Virus record (IMG/VR): IMGVR_UViG_3300031993_000004
Location: 128,001 to 192,000 of that record
Source of the DNA: a virus
Taxonomy: Duplodnaviria > Caudoviricetes
DNA: 64,000 nucleotides
Direction: 5' to 3' (one strand)
Under the pieces are notes generated by a model that was given only the letters and a program-made list of their open reading frames with translations, had not been told where the DNA came from and searched no databases. How positions within the stretch are numbered: the first letter of the stretch is position 1; the number at the start of each line of letters is the position of its first letter. Positions 10,879 to 20,299 of this stretch are shown piece by piece. Made by a program: the position numbers and the translations under genes.

Positions 10879-12324
10879 ATGAAGATCGAGAAAACGACAA
10901 CGGGTCTGATCATCAAAGACCCGACAACTGAAGTCAAGAAAAAATGTTTGCAATACTTCACACTTCAGAAGCCACTTCGTGAATTCTTCATTTACAGCGG
11001 TAATGACCCAGATACAAAACCAACTCTGGGTCATGAACACGATGTGATTTATATCACTTCCGGTTTCCTGAAGATCAACGATCCTGCAATCATGTCATTG
11101 CGAGTGGATTCAACCAAATCGTATCTGACACCGAAACAGATTACACTTGAGATGAATCGCGAACCTCGTTCCAAGTTGCAAGAAGATTGCATCAAACTGG
11201 CGACAACATCGACCTCTCCAAAGGTCACGATGGAACTCAAGCCCGGAACAGGAAAGACGTTTATTGCGCTTTATTCTGCATCAAAGCTTGGGTTGAAGCC
11301 TTTGATTGTTGCACCTACATCATTGCTGAAAAATCAATGGATTGATAATATCCTTGAACTTGGCATTGATCGTAATGACATTGCGACGAAGATATGGGAT
11401 TCTCCACATAAGAAAGTGTGTGTTGTCACGATTTCTTCATTGGAAGGTGCTGTCCGCGATGATTGGAATGGCCTCATGAAGACAATGGATTCTGCAGGAT
11501 TCGGAATCAAAGTTATCGACGAAGCACATCTTCATTTGAAAGGAATGCTGAAGTTTGATGCATTGTGCAATATCAAGCACAATTGGTATCTGTCTGCGAC
11601 GCTCGGACGTTCTGATCCTTCTGAAGACAGAATCCTGAATCGTGCGCTTGCTGATGCAACCAGATTTATCGGCAACTCTGCATATGAGGAATACCAGAAA
11701 GAATATGTCCAGGTTTATCTTCAGGACATCTTCTACTTCCCGTCTTCAAAACTCTGTGAGAAATGCTTCAAGTATGGATCAAAGGGTTTGATTCGTTCCT
11801 CATACTATCGCATGCTGATGTCATATCGTAATGGTGAACCTTTTATTCGGAACATCGTGAATGTCATTAAACGTGCAAAAGGAATCATCAACTATGACGG
11901 AAAGATCTTGGTGCTTGTTCCATTGCTCGATATCATTGATCGTGTTCTCCAAGCAATGAAAGCTGATCCGTTCTTCAGGAATTACACGATTGCCGGTGTT
12001 GATGGTTCTATGCCATTGGCAAAACGTCGTGAAGCAATGGAATCCAACTTCATTCTTTCAACATCCTTGTCGATGGGTACTGGTGTTGACGTTCAGAATC
12101 TTGGTGTTGTTGTGAACTTCGACCAATATTCTTCGTCAATTATTGGCGAGCAGATCTTCGGACGTTTGAGAGACCGCGGTAAAGAGACGTACTATGTCGA
12201 CGTCTGTGATCATGTCAAGCAGGCTTCCATGTTAAGACGATGGGGTGAGAAGCGTCGTCTGCTGATTCCATATTATCCTGGCGCAAAACGGGATATGAAA
12301 AAATTTCCGAACATCTTCTGTTGA
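10879..12324 (+). CDS. Superfamily 2 DEAH helicase (UvsW-like)
   Basis: Motif I PGTGKT, Ia IVAPT, II DEAH, III SAT, V GTGVDV and VI QIFGRLR. Confidence 0.9.
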   Translation: MKIEKTTTGLIIKDPTTEVKKKCLQYFTLQKPLREFFIYSGNDPDTKPTLGHEHDVIYITSGFLKINDPAIMSLRVDSTKSYLTPKQITLEMNREPRSKLQEDCIKLATTSTSPKVTMELKPGTGKTFIALYSASKLGLKPLIVAPTSLLKNQWIDNILELGIDRNDIATKIWDSPHKKVCVVTISSLEGAVRDDWNGLMKTMDSAGFGIKVIDEAHLHLKGMLKFDALCNIKHNWYLSATLGRSDPSEDRILNRALADATRFIGNSAYEEYQKEYVQVYLQDIFYFPSSKLCEKCFKYGSKGLIRSSYYRMLMSYRNGEPFIRNIVNVIKRAKGIINYDGKILVLVPLLDIIDRVLQAMKADPFFRNYTIAGVDGSMPLAKRREAMESNFILSTSLSMGTGVDVQNLGVVVNFDQYSSSIIGEQIFGRLRDRGKETYYVDVCDHVKQASMLRRWGEKRRLLIPYYPGAKRDMKKFPNIFC

Positions 12325-12334
12325 ACGGAATAAT

Positions 12335-12460
12335 AATCCGGAATGCTCCCTTCTCCTCACACAGGGATTGGCCTCCCTGTTTCGCCGAAGCGGGTCGGCG
12401 ACTACGATGTGTTTTCCTCCTTGAGAACATGCTTACACCATTCGAAAAGCATTCCGGATT
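12335..12460 (+). ncRNA. Candidate structured RNA (four-way junction) in the helicase 3' region
   Basis: A perfect 13-bp closing stem (12335-12347/12448-12460) encloses three hairpins: 12361-12380, 12382-12401 and 12408-12431. Confidence 0.55.
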
Positions 12461-12462
12461 TT

Positions 12463-12513
12463 GATATTTATCGTGCGGGGCGAAAGCCCCGCACTAAAAT
12501 ATCATTTCTTTTT
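12463..12513 (+). terminator. Terminator, GNRA-capped
   Basis: GTGCGGGGC-gaaa-GCCCCGCAC with an extended AT stem and a TTTCTTTTT tail. Lies between the convergent helicase and terminase genes. Confidence 0.75.
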
Positions 12514-14632
12514 AGAATTGCTGTGAGGAGTAATATGCCATGTCAGATGTATCAATCGATACAAGTGGCATATCACCGCCATAGTCAGTACGTCTGTAAC
12601 CATACTCGTCATAACCATCACGACCAAAACCATTTCTGTTCGTTTGGTCAAGATTCTCACGCAACAACTGCATTTCGAATCCTTCTTTATCGCGATATGG
12701 AATAATGTTGTTAATCTGTTCTTCAGACAATTCCTGTTCGTATTGTTCAACTTGTTGACGACCAGTTTTGAAAGTGCACCGCTCTTTGTATATACCAAAC
12801 CGCTCCAATTTGTAACCGAAGTAGAAGATATAGAGGATATGGTTGTATGCCATGACCAGGTCATCATGGCATCCTGCAGCCGCTTCGATTTTTCCATTCT
12901 TACCACGAACAAGATTCATGATATCGAATGAGAGATATTTGGTTGTCATCAACTCTCTATAGTCATGCACGTGAGACTTCAACAACACAAACATCTTTTC
13001 ACGAATTGCAGTTGTCAGATACGTACCGATATAACCCTTCTCGACAGCTTGACGTTTAACTGTCATCTCATCGGTCTCACCACGTGTAATCGCATTCTTA
13101 GAAGCGTCAAGTTTCGGATCATGATAGAACCGGTGTTCAAGATGTGACTTCTGTACGAAATCAACGATTGTAACACCAAGGGAGTTCGTCTCAATGATGA
13201 AGATACAAGACGGAATCAGTTTTGCAATTTCAATGATGACAGACATCGTATCAAACGGTCCCAAGAAGTTACAAACCAATTCACCAACAACTTGGAATGT
13301 ATACGGGTGAACGACAATCACGGCCGTGTTGTCTCCGTTCTTACCAGATGCAGGGTCGATACCGACAAGATACGGTAACCGCGTGTCATAATACGGTGTA
13401 TCGGATGTCAAACTCTTGTTGACAATTGGATGATCATAAACATAGAAATTGAATACATTCATAATCTTCACAACATGATCAGGTTCACGTGTATGTTGAG
13501 AAATGTAATCAATATCTGCTTGTTCGAACAGAACGCCCTCTTCACCACGATACCGTTGCAACAAAACACCACGACGATACTCGTTGATGGTACCTTTCTT
13601 AACGGCTTCGTAGTATTGCTCTCTCAACCAAGCTTCATCTTTGCGAAGTTGCTTGTAATTGAACTCGATGTAGAACATCGAAATCGGAACACGATCTTGG
13701 TCTTCTTCGTCCGGACCTGGAACGAGTTGCATCCGAGCAATTTCTTCATCCGTCTTGTCATAGATATGCTCATCAAACACAGGAAGATTATCAATGATCT
13801 TTTGGAAGTTGATACCATCCTGCGTTTCCAAGTTACCAGGTGTTGATGCATACATAATACAAGAACGGATACCCATCTGTCTTGCTGTAATGCGAGCTTG
13901 AACGATTGTCGGGTTCGCACCATCAATGAATGCTTTCATGTATGGCACGAATTCACATTCATCGAAGAAGCCTGCAAACAGAGAAAGACCACGAGACTTG
14001 TCTTCTGCAACAGTTTCAGAACGTGCGGCGGATACAGTTGCAATAGAACAGTTGTGTTTTTCATATTTGAGAGACTGCAAACCTGGAAGATGTTTCATCT
14101 TGGCCCAAGGATTCATATATTCCGGCAAAGCTGTGATATAATCGCGCAGAATACCAACGTTGTCCATGCAACGTTTCTCAGTTCTGTGCATATATGGAAT
14201 ATCAATGTTCTGATATTCAAACAACATCATGTATGAGACAATCGATGTCAATACCGTTGTCTTATAGGTCTGACGAGGTTGCACAAGTTCAAAGTCGAAA
14301 CTGTGAATGAACGACCATATCGCAGCACATCCAGCTCTATGTAAATACAAAGGAACTTTACCTGCACCACGAATCGGAATTCGTACAACTTCTCTGAAAT
14401 AGAACCATGGATTCTTTTTACATTCACCAATGATTCTGCCAATGTTCTCTGCCGTTATATTTGGATCGTATGGGTCGATGTCTTGTACGCCTAAGTCGGG
14501 ACGTTTTACTTCCAACATGAAGTACCATTTCTTGATACCCAATGTTTTCAGTTCTTGTGCGGTCAGTAGAAATGATTGGTTTTTTGTTCCAAAATCATAA
14601 TACTTATTCCCAATTCGTCGAACATCAGACAT
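12512..14632 (-). CDS. terL: Terminase large subunit
   Basis: Walker A-like PRQTYKTT, Walker B FFDECEF, coupling motif ASTPG, RNase H-like GIDPASG...D and HDDLVMA. RBS AAGGAGGTG. Confidence 0.92.
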   Translation of the reverse strand: MSDVRRIGNKYYDFGTKNQSFLLTAQELKTLGIKKWYFMLEVKRPDLGVQDIDPYDPNITAENIGRIIGECKKNPWFYFREVVRIPIRGAGKVPLYLHRAGCAAIWSFIHSFDFELVQPRQTYKTTVLTSIVSYMMLFEYQNIDIPYMHRTEKRCMDNVGILRDYITALPEYMNPWAKMKHLPGLQSLKYEKHNCSIATVSAARSETVAEDKSRGLSLFAGFFDECEFVPYMKAFIDGANPTIVQARITARQMGIRSCIMYASTPGNLETQDGINFQKIIDNLPVFDEHIYDKTDEEIARMQLVPGPDEEDQDRVPISMFYIEFNYKQLRKDEAWLREQYYEAVKKGTINEYRRGVLLQRYRGEEGVLFEQADIDYISQHTREPDHVVKIMNVFNFYVYDHPIVNKSLTSDTPYYDTRLPYLVGIDPASGKNGDNTAVIVVHPYTFQVVGELVCNFLGPFDTMSVIIEIAKLIPSCIFIIETNSLGVTIVDFVQKSHLEHRFYHDPKLDASKNAITRGETDEMTVKRQAVEKGYIGTYLTTAIREKMFVLLKSHVHDYRELMTTKYLSFDIMNLVRGKNGKIEAAAGCHDDLVMAYNHILYIFYFGYKLERFGIYKERCTFKTGRQQVEQYEQELSEEQINNIIPYRDKEGFEMQLLRENLDQTNRNGFGRDGYDEYGYRRTDYGGDMPLVSIDTSDMAYYSSQQF

Positions 14633-14671
14633 CGATCGTCACCTCCTTGTTAATTGTTATTATAGCGGTAG

Positions 14672-14710
14672 AAGAAAAAAGTAGAATACATGGGGGCTTT
14701 CGCCCCCATG
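14672..14710 (-). terminator. Intrinsic terminator after RNAP beta gene
   Basis: CATGGGGGC-gaaa-GCCCCCATG on the minus strand, then a T-rich tail. Confidence 0.8.
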
Positions 14711-14750
14711 CAAACATTAAGATTGACGAGCGGAACCTCTGAGGAGGTAA

Positions 14751-16964
14751 TCAAACATATTGTTTCAATTGGTTTAATGTTGGAATTAATTCGGTGAAAC
14801 GCTCATACATGGACTCGATATAATTGCGATCTCTACCTTCAAACAAATCGGTGTCATCCATAAGTTTGAAGAATTCAGTCAGATCAACGATTGAATGCGT
14901 CATCTTGTATTTCATATAGTATGAATACATGATTAGGTACGCACGCAATTCAGGAATGGAAGTTTGAATTTCCACATTGTTGATCAGAACATCATACAAC
15001 TTATCGGTGGTTCCGATCGTCGAATAACCGAAGATATCAGGACGCAACTTGATACCCATGAATTTGAGCGAGTTCTTCAGATTATCAAGTTGTGGGAACT
15101 GATTATACTTGGAGAAGTCCAGTCCCATATCGTTCAGCTGTGCCATGAGAACAGAATTATCCGTGTATTGCGAGCCGCGATAGTATGTTGTAATTTTTGC
15201 AAAGTCAACAATTCCAACACCAGCAAGGAAGTTATAAGTATCATACTCACCAAACTTCACAGGGTTGTCAGAATAGTGACGCAGATTCTTATTGAACTGA
15301 TGCGTCTTGACAGGCTGATCGTACAACGTCGTACGTCCGGTGGAGATTGCCGACAACGCCTTCGAGGGCTCTTGTTTCAGAACCCATGTGTACTGATAAC
15401 CGATTGGATACTTCTCGTCGAGTTCAATCCAACGCTTATGAAGCTTTGTGAATACTTTGTAATGACGCATAATTGCCGGATACTTCTCGTATGCTTCCAG
15501 AATCGCATCACGAACGCAAACCTCATTGAACGGTTTGATCTGAATACGAATTCCATTTTCCAGAATGTCGTTTGCAACTCTGGTTGGGTTTTCCCTGAAT
15601 AACCGGAGAATTTCTGCACCTTCTTCTGGATTGAAAATGGATACGAATTCTGCTGCCAGATTCACGAACTCTGAATCTTCACAACCGTTTTCATGCATCT
15701 TTGCGATATGCTGATTCATGCGATCCATCATGAATGTCATGGATCCTTCATACGTTGCGAATGCAATAATGCGGTTCGGAACAGCCAATGCATTTGCAAG
15801 CATATGAATAGGACGCCCATCATCTGTCTTTGGCATCTCATCAACTGGAATGATTTTTGAGATAACAGATTTGTTTCCATAACGACCGACAACCTTCTGA
15901 CCGACTTTGATCTCCATCGGTTGCAGCATGGTAAACTTGATGATCGTATCAGCGATATATTCCTTCGTAACCCAGACCGAGCTATTCAGATACTTCTCTG
16001 CTTTATGATAGATATCCAGAAGCGAAGTATCATCCTGGTATGGATCTGCAATAACGGTTGAAATATATGCATAGATGTCAGAATACCATTGCTTGATCTG
16101 AGCAAGATAGAAGTTGAACTGTTCATTCTCAACATCGACGTTCGTGAAGATATCAATGTCGGCAACAATGCCGTGTGAGAAGATCTTTGTATCATTGATA
16201 TGTGGAATGGAAGCTTCCGCAACAGAGGACACATAAGAATTTTCACGAATGGAACACAAAATGTCGTTTTGTACCTCTTCACCGATGTTCGGGAACGGCT
16301 TGTACTCACCATTCTTTCCGTAACGGTTTAACAGGAATGACTTCTTGGAAACATTCACTGTGACGGTATCAACAAAATCGTATTCAAGTGCCTTCGCACA
16401 TTCATCGGAAATAACCAATGAGTCTTCTGTCAATTCCGGCAATACTGCATATGCCATGCGGACATTCACACCTGCACAATAATTATCATTGACATATGAT
16501 GATGACTGTGCAATGGATGTTCCCTTCGGAAGAATATCTCCTTCACGAATATTCGGGATATTGTTGTGCATCCGGAAGCCGTATTTCTCAACCAGATTCA
16601 CGGCCGGGTGATATATTTTACACAGAAACTTTCCATTTTCCATATTTTGGAAGATATATGCAATCGGTGAATATGGTGCATTCGGAAACTTAACGAATTT
16701 CTTCATCAAACGATAATCGGCCAAAGCCCGAACATCCCATGACGAGCGTTTTCCGAACTCGTTTTCGGCACCTGAGAACACCATCGGAAACTCGGGGTCA
16801 CGAACAACCATACGTTGGGATGTATGTTTGACGGCCATACCTCCACGCGTTGTGGAGATCTTCTCCGGAAACACCATCGCCGACATTCCTGTCAAAGATA
16901 AGGGATTCACTTCGCGACAACGATTCTCGATCTCCGCCGCATTGTTCATAACTTTACTCGACAT
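14751..16964 (-). CDS. Multisubunit RNA polymerase beta subunit, C-terminal half (probably non-virion RNAP)
   Basis: Contains RGGMAVKHTSQ, GVNVRMAY, TEDSLVIS, GQKVVGRYGNKSVISKI, LAVPNR and KFGEYD, all RpoB conserved regions. Preceded by an early-type promoter. Confidence 0.92.
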   Translation of the reverse strand: MSSKVMNNAAEIENRCREVNPLSLTGMSAMVFPEKISTTRGGMAVKHTSQRMVVRDPEFPMVFSGAENEFGKRSSWDVRALADYRLMKKFVKFPNAPYSPIAYIFQNMENGKFLCKIYHPAVNLVEKYGFRMHNNIPNIREGDILPKGTSIAQSSSYVNDNYCAGVNVRMAYAVLPELTEDSLVISDECAKALEYDFVDTVTVNVSKKSFLLNRYGKNGEYKPFPNIGEEVQNDILCSIRENSYVSSVAEASIPHINDTKIFSHGIVADIDIFTNVDVENEQFNFYLAQIKQWYSDIYAYISTVIADPYQDDTSLLDIYHKAEKYLNSSVWVTKEYIADTIIKFTMLQPMEIKVGQKVVGRYGNKSVISKIIPVDEMPKTDDGRPIHMLANALAVPNRIIAFATYEGSMTFMMDRMNQHIAKMHENGCEDSEFVNLAAEFVSIFNPEEGAEILRLFRENPTRVANDILENGIRIQIKPFNEVCVRDAILEAYEKYPAIMRHYKVFTKLHKRWIELDEKYPIGYQYTWVLKQEPSKALSAISTGRTTLYDQPVKTHQFNKNLRHYSDNPVKFGEYDTYNFLAGVGIVDFAKITTYYRGSQYTDNSVLMAQLNDMGLDFSKYNQFPQLDNLKNSLKFMGIKLRPDIFGYSTIGTTDKLYDVLINNVEIQTSIPELRAYLIMYSYYMKYKMTHSIVDLTEFFKLMDDTDLFEGRDRNYIESMYERFTELIPTLNQLKQYV

Positions 16965-17041
16965 TATTAGTCACCGTTCCTTTCGATAAAGTTGTATAAG
17001 TTAGTTGTAACCCCTATATATTTAATCATGATTGGGGTTAA

Positions 17042-17056
17042 CATGGAAACGATATA
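17042..17056 (-). promoter_or_regulatory. Early-type promoter for RNAP beta
   Basis: TATATCGT-ttccat-G on the minus strand, just downstream of a terminator. Confidence 0.55.
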
Positions 17057-17063
17057 CTTCTCT

Positions 17064-17103
17064 AAAAATAAAAAAATGGAGATGTGGGGCATTGCCCCAC
17101 ATC
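17064..17103 (-). terminator. Intrinsic terminator
   Basis: GATGTGGGGC/GCCCCACATC stem with a long T tract on the minus strand. Confidence 0.8.
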
Positions 17104-17110
17104 AACCATC

Positions 17111-18013
17111 TCATTCTTCTTCAACTTCATCTGCTCCAGGAACAGGGATCTTCGAAAGCACATCGCGAACATATGCCTCACACGGAGATTTCTTTGAACC
17201 ATCCGGTGCAATGATATCCGCAACAGCATAATCTGCAATCAGATATACCGCGAGTGCAATCAAGAAGTCATACTTTGTGTCCGTATTGGACAGCAGGAGA
17301 TTCACAAGTCCAAGCAGATCGAACTTGTATTGTACCCGTTCGTCTTCTGCATAGAAATCACAGATCTTCTTCTCTGTCGGGAGGAAGAACAGTGACTCTT
17401 CGCGATACTTGTTGATCTTCTTTGCGTTGTACTTCTTCGTGTGAATTGCCTTGAGGAAATCATCCAGCGTGAATGTGGTAGTGACCCACTCAATCAGATC
17501 GTTCATTGTTGCAAACATCTGAATGTGGAGCTTTTGGATTTCCTCAATGTACTTATAGACAGACCAGTAGATGAACACATCATCCACGATGTCGTCCATC
17601 GTCACTTCACCTTTCACAAGAGCGACGATGACCGGATGTGTCTCATTGAGATCTTCACGGATACGCTCTTCAGTGATGCGACGTTTGATTCGACCGTATT
17701 CCGGAACGGTCTCTTCATTTCTGTTGATAAGGAACAACCGCTGTTTCACAAGATCTTCCGGTTCAACAACGTCCGGAGTATCTGTTGGCGCGACGCTATT
17801 CGGGATAATAGAATCGAGCGGAGAGGTTTGCAGTTCGATGTCACTGGTGAATGTCTTGTACTCAGCGTCGAAGGTCTTCTTGTCGAGAATACGATGACGA
17901 CCATTCAACAGTCTGATGTTATGGAACAAGGCATCTGATGCAGCAACTTCGCGAACATATTCCTCAAGCGGTCCTGCAAAGGTCTTGAGTTTCGAGTTCG
18001 GGACATTGAACAT
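17111..18013 (-). CDS. Hypothetical protein (about 300 aa)
   Basis: The ORF track gives 17111..18073. The best RBS (AAGGAAG) precedes ATG 18013 (MFNVPNSK). Confidence 0.8.
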   Translation of the reverse strand: MFNVPNSKLKTFAGPLEEYVREVAASDALFHNIRLLNGRHRILDKKTFDAEYKTFTSDIELQTSPLDSIIPNSVAPTDTPDVVEPEDLVKQRLFLINRNEETVPEYGRIKRRITEERIREDLNETHPVIVALVKGEVTMDDIVDDVFIYWSVYKYIEEIQKLHIQMFATMNDLIEWVTTTFTLDDFLKAIHTKKYNAKKINKYREESLFFLPTEKKICDFYAEDERVQYKFDLLGLVNLLLSNTDTKYDFLIALAVYLIADYAVADIIAPDGSKKSPCEAYVRDVLSKIPVPGADEVEEE

Positions 18014-18191
18014 CTGAATCTTCCTTCCATTGTAAATTTTGCTGAGGATAACGTTGTGCATAGTATTGCTCACGGATCGGCTGATAATTGTCGATCACAT
18101 ATGCAATTCCGTTTCTTTCTATCTGCACATGAACGAACATGTCCAGTCTTGTAAACTGGACATGTCCCATTAAACTTGGTGAAGTGATCAT
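17964..18191 (-). CDS. Small hypothetical protein (75 aa)
   Basis: AAAGGA RBS before ATG 18191. Fills the gap between neighbours and overlaps the next gene by about 50 nt. Confidence 0.55.
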   Translation of the reverse strand: MITSPSLMGHVQFTRLDMFVHVQIERNGIAYVIDNYQPIREQYYAQRYPQQNLQWKEDSDVQCPELETQDLCRTA

Positions 18192-18224
18192 TATTTTTCT
18201 GATTCCTTTCATATGGATTTCCCA

Positions 18225-18470
18225 TTAAGAAAGTTCATCGACCAAGTCATCAATCGCCGAAGTGTTCAATACCTGACGTGCGTGTTGAACAGAATCTGCA
18301 TAGCTTGCAGAATATTGCGGAGGTGGTGCTGTTGCACTCATCTGCTGTTGGTGTTGCTCCAGTCTGCGCTTGTTCTGGAGTTTTCGAAGTTCTCGGAGTC
18401 TGTTTACGGTTGGGCGCGGCATCCGTAAGAGTAAATCTAATGGGATACAGTTTCGGAAAAGTTCTCCCAA
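18225..18470 (-). CDS. Small ORF, possibly the -1 frameshift extension of the upstream chaperone gene
   Basis: TTG start with no well-spaced RBS. The frame stays open about 90 nt upstream into the preceding gene. Confidence 0.6.
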   Translation of the reverse strand: MGELFRNCIPLDLLLRMPRPTVNRLRELRKLQNKRRLEQHQQQMSATAPPPQYSASYADSVQHARQVLNTSAIDDLVDELS

Positions 18471-18475
18471 TTCGA

Positions 18476-20197
18476 TTAGGTCTGCTCCGTCTCGATTAAG
18501 CTTATTTTCGTAGACGACAGCCTCTGAGATAGCTGGAAAAGTAATGAACGTCCGATATCAGGAATCATAAGCCGATCCTCGTGACGTCCGCACTTGTCAC
18601 ATGTGATGTCCTCAAGGAAGAACTGAACCGGCTGGACATCCGCGCCAGCATCTCTGATCAGAGCGATCAATGTACCGGCGTCGACAGTATCGAGAGCAGT
18701 GGTAAGAATCTTCTCAATGTCAGCGAAGTCGGTGTACTTGTACACAGTATCACCAACGATTTTAGACATTGAGAGGATATACATACCATGGCCAGCCAGA
18801 TATGCGAATTCCTCATCGTCGAACTCGTTCTCAGTGTCTTTCTTGTCTTCCGTGTTGAAACGCGCCTCGAGTTCATCCAGCAGCGGATAAACACGATTCA
18901 GATAGTCGTATGCAGACTGACGCGGTTCGATTTCCACAATATACTTGGAATGCGGAAGCTCATAGAACACCACGGAGTTGTTGATTTTTTCGAAGTGCTC
19001 CTTAGCAGCCTTGCCGAACAGCGTGCCAGACTTTTTGAACTCGTATTTCGCCATGAGTTCATCGTTGACGTGCATAATGCTGCGCGGATTGTAATGGATT
19101 TCATGCGGTTCGCGACACTTCGGGTTTCCGCAGAGCAGTGTGATCGGCTCGACCTCATCACAAGAAGAAAGCAAAACGCCGTACAGAAGAATCTGAATGT
19201 CAGCATACTTTGTTTTCTTGAGGAAGTCTTCAAAGTCTGTGAACGGACCGATCGACGGATTGGTGATATGGTTATAAATGATACTCCATGTACGGAGATC
19301 CATATCAGCATTTGATCCGGAACGCCGTGCGGTTGTAAGCTGGATGAATTCCCAGTAAGACATCGGTGTGATTTCACAACGATAACCGGACAGCGGAAGT
19401 GTGATCGGGACAGTTGCTGTCGTGACCTCGAACGGTTGAATGATGTCGGTTCTTTCAGAGTTCAGAATGACACGCTTTGCAGCGAACATATCCTTGTCAG
19501 TCGTCTTGACAATGCGAACATTGACTTTGTGCTCTTCCGACATTTCTTTGACCACATCAGGATCGATGTTAACGGTAACATCCTTACCCTCTTCGGCATT
19601 GATCACGATTTCCGGAGTTGTTTTCTTCGGAATTTCATCCGTTGTTTCGATTTCAGCAGCTGCAGCAGCTTTGTTAGCAGCCTTTTCTGCTTCGGTATAA
19701 CCGTATCTCCAATACTTGAGAACGATCTCTTCAAATTCCGGAGTAACCTTATCACCATTATTGTGATAATATTCGATCAGATCGCCCATTGCATGGTCAC
19801 GGTGCTTCGGATCATCGTCGGTTGATTCCGGAATACAGCCTGCTGTCAGATTCCGGTTTGTAACAACCTTCTGAATCATGTTTCCGACAATCTCCAGAAC
19901 ACTTTCCTGGAATTCAACAGAATCCTTCTGGAATTCCGGATCCAGAGAACGCGGAGGCATTGCTTTCAGCTCAGCCTTAGTTGCTTCAACCTGTGCAGCA
20001 AGTTCTTCTTGATGTGCAATACGTGCAAGTTCTGCCGCTTCATTCTCAGCAGCAATTTCTGCTGCTTGGTCATTCATGCCGAATGGATCATCATCTTCCG
20101 GTTCATCCACCGGCAAATTGACCGCTGCAGCCGAAGGATCTTTTGTCGCCCCATGACGATTCATCAGAGCGTCAAGCGGATCATTGAATTCAGCCAT
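18476..20197 (-). CDS. Putative baseplate/tail assembly chaperone (T4 gp26/gp51-like C-domain)
   Basis: ATG 20197 with RBS AAGGAG, 573 aa. Contains ITLPLSGY, two Cys pairs (CGNPKC, CDKCG) and a terminal LLF. The N-terminus is acidic and low complexity. Confidence 0.5.
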   Translation of the reverse strand: MAEFNDPLDALMNRHGATKDPSAAAVNLPVDEPEDDDPFGMNDQAAEIAAENEAAELARIAHQEELAAQVEATKAELKAMPPRSLDPEFQKDSVEFQESVLEIVGNMIQKVVTNRNLTAGCIPESTDDDPKHRDHAMGDLIEYYHNNGDKVTPEFEEIVLKYWRYGYTEAEKAANKAAAAAEIETTDEIPKKTTPEIVINAEEGKDVTVNIDPDVVKEMSEEHKVNVRIVKTTDKDMFAAKRVILNSERTDIIQPFEVTTATVPITLPLSGYRCEITPMSYWEFIQLTTARRSGSNADMDLRTWSIIYNHITNPSIGPFTDFEDFLKKTKYADIQILLYGVLLSSCDEVEPITLLCGNPKCREPHEIHYNPRSIMHVNDELMAKYEFKKSGTLFGKAAKEHFEKINNSVVFYELPHSKYIVEIEPRQSAYDYLNRVYPLLDELEARFNTEDKKDTENEFDDEEFAYLAGHGMYILSMSKIVGDTVYKYTDFADIEKILTTALDTVDAGTLIALIRDAGADVQPVQFFLEDITCDKCGRHEDRLMIPDIGRSLLFQLSQRLSSTKISLIETEQT

Positions 20198-20233
20198 GAT
20201 TATATCTCCTTTTTGCGAAAAATTTTTCAAACA

Positions 20234-20260
20234 GAAATGTATATCATTGAATTGATATAC
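20234..20260. promoter_or_regulatory. Overlapping divergent early-type promoters (near palindrome)
   Basis: GTATATCAttgaatTGATATAC reads as TATATCAT-tgaatt-G on plus and TATATCAA-ttcaat-G on minus. Confidence 0.55.
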
Positions 20261-20299
20261 AGAGATACTCTGTATGAAATTATAAAGGGAGTATAGCAT

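Noticed and set aside
12335-12460. tRNA interpretation of the cloverleaf-like fold
   Set aside because: The stem lengths (13-bp closing stem) and loops do not fit a tRNA, and there is no correctly placed T-loop or D-loop consensus.
12343-12705. 120-aa plus-strand ORF over the structured element
   Set aside because: It has no RBS, crosses a terminator and overlaps the terminase antisense.
17964-18073. Possible second frameshift joining the 75-aa and 300-aa ORFs
   Set aside because: The downstream gene has its own plausible RBS and ATG at 18013, so simple overlap explains it.
20198-20299. N-terminal extensions in the ORF track (also 28320-28457, 29932-30045, 35673-35786, 55744-55812)
   Set aside because: They cross promoters or terminators and lack an RBS. 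Internal ATGs with strong SD sequences were preferred.
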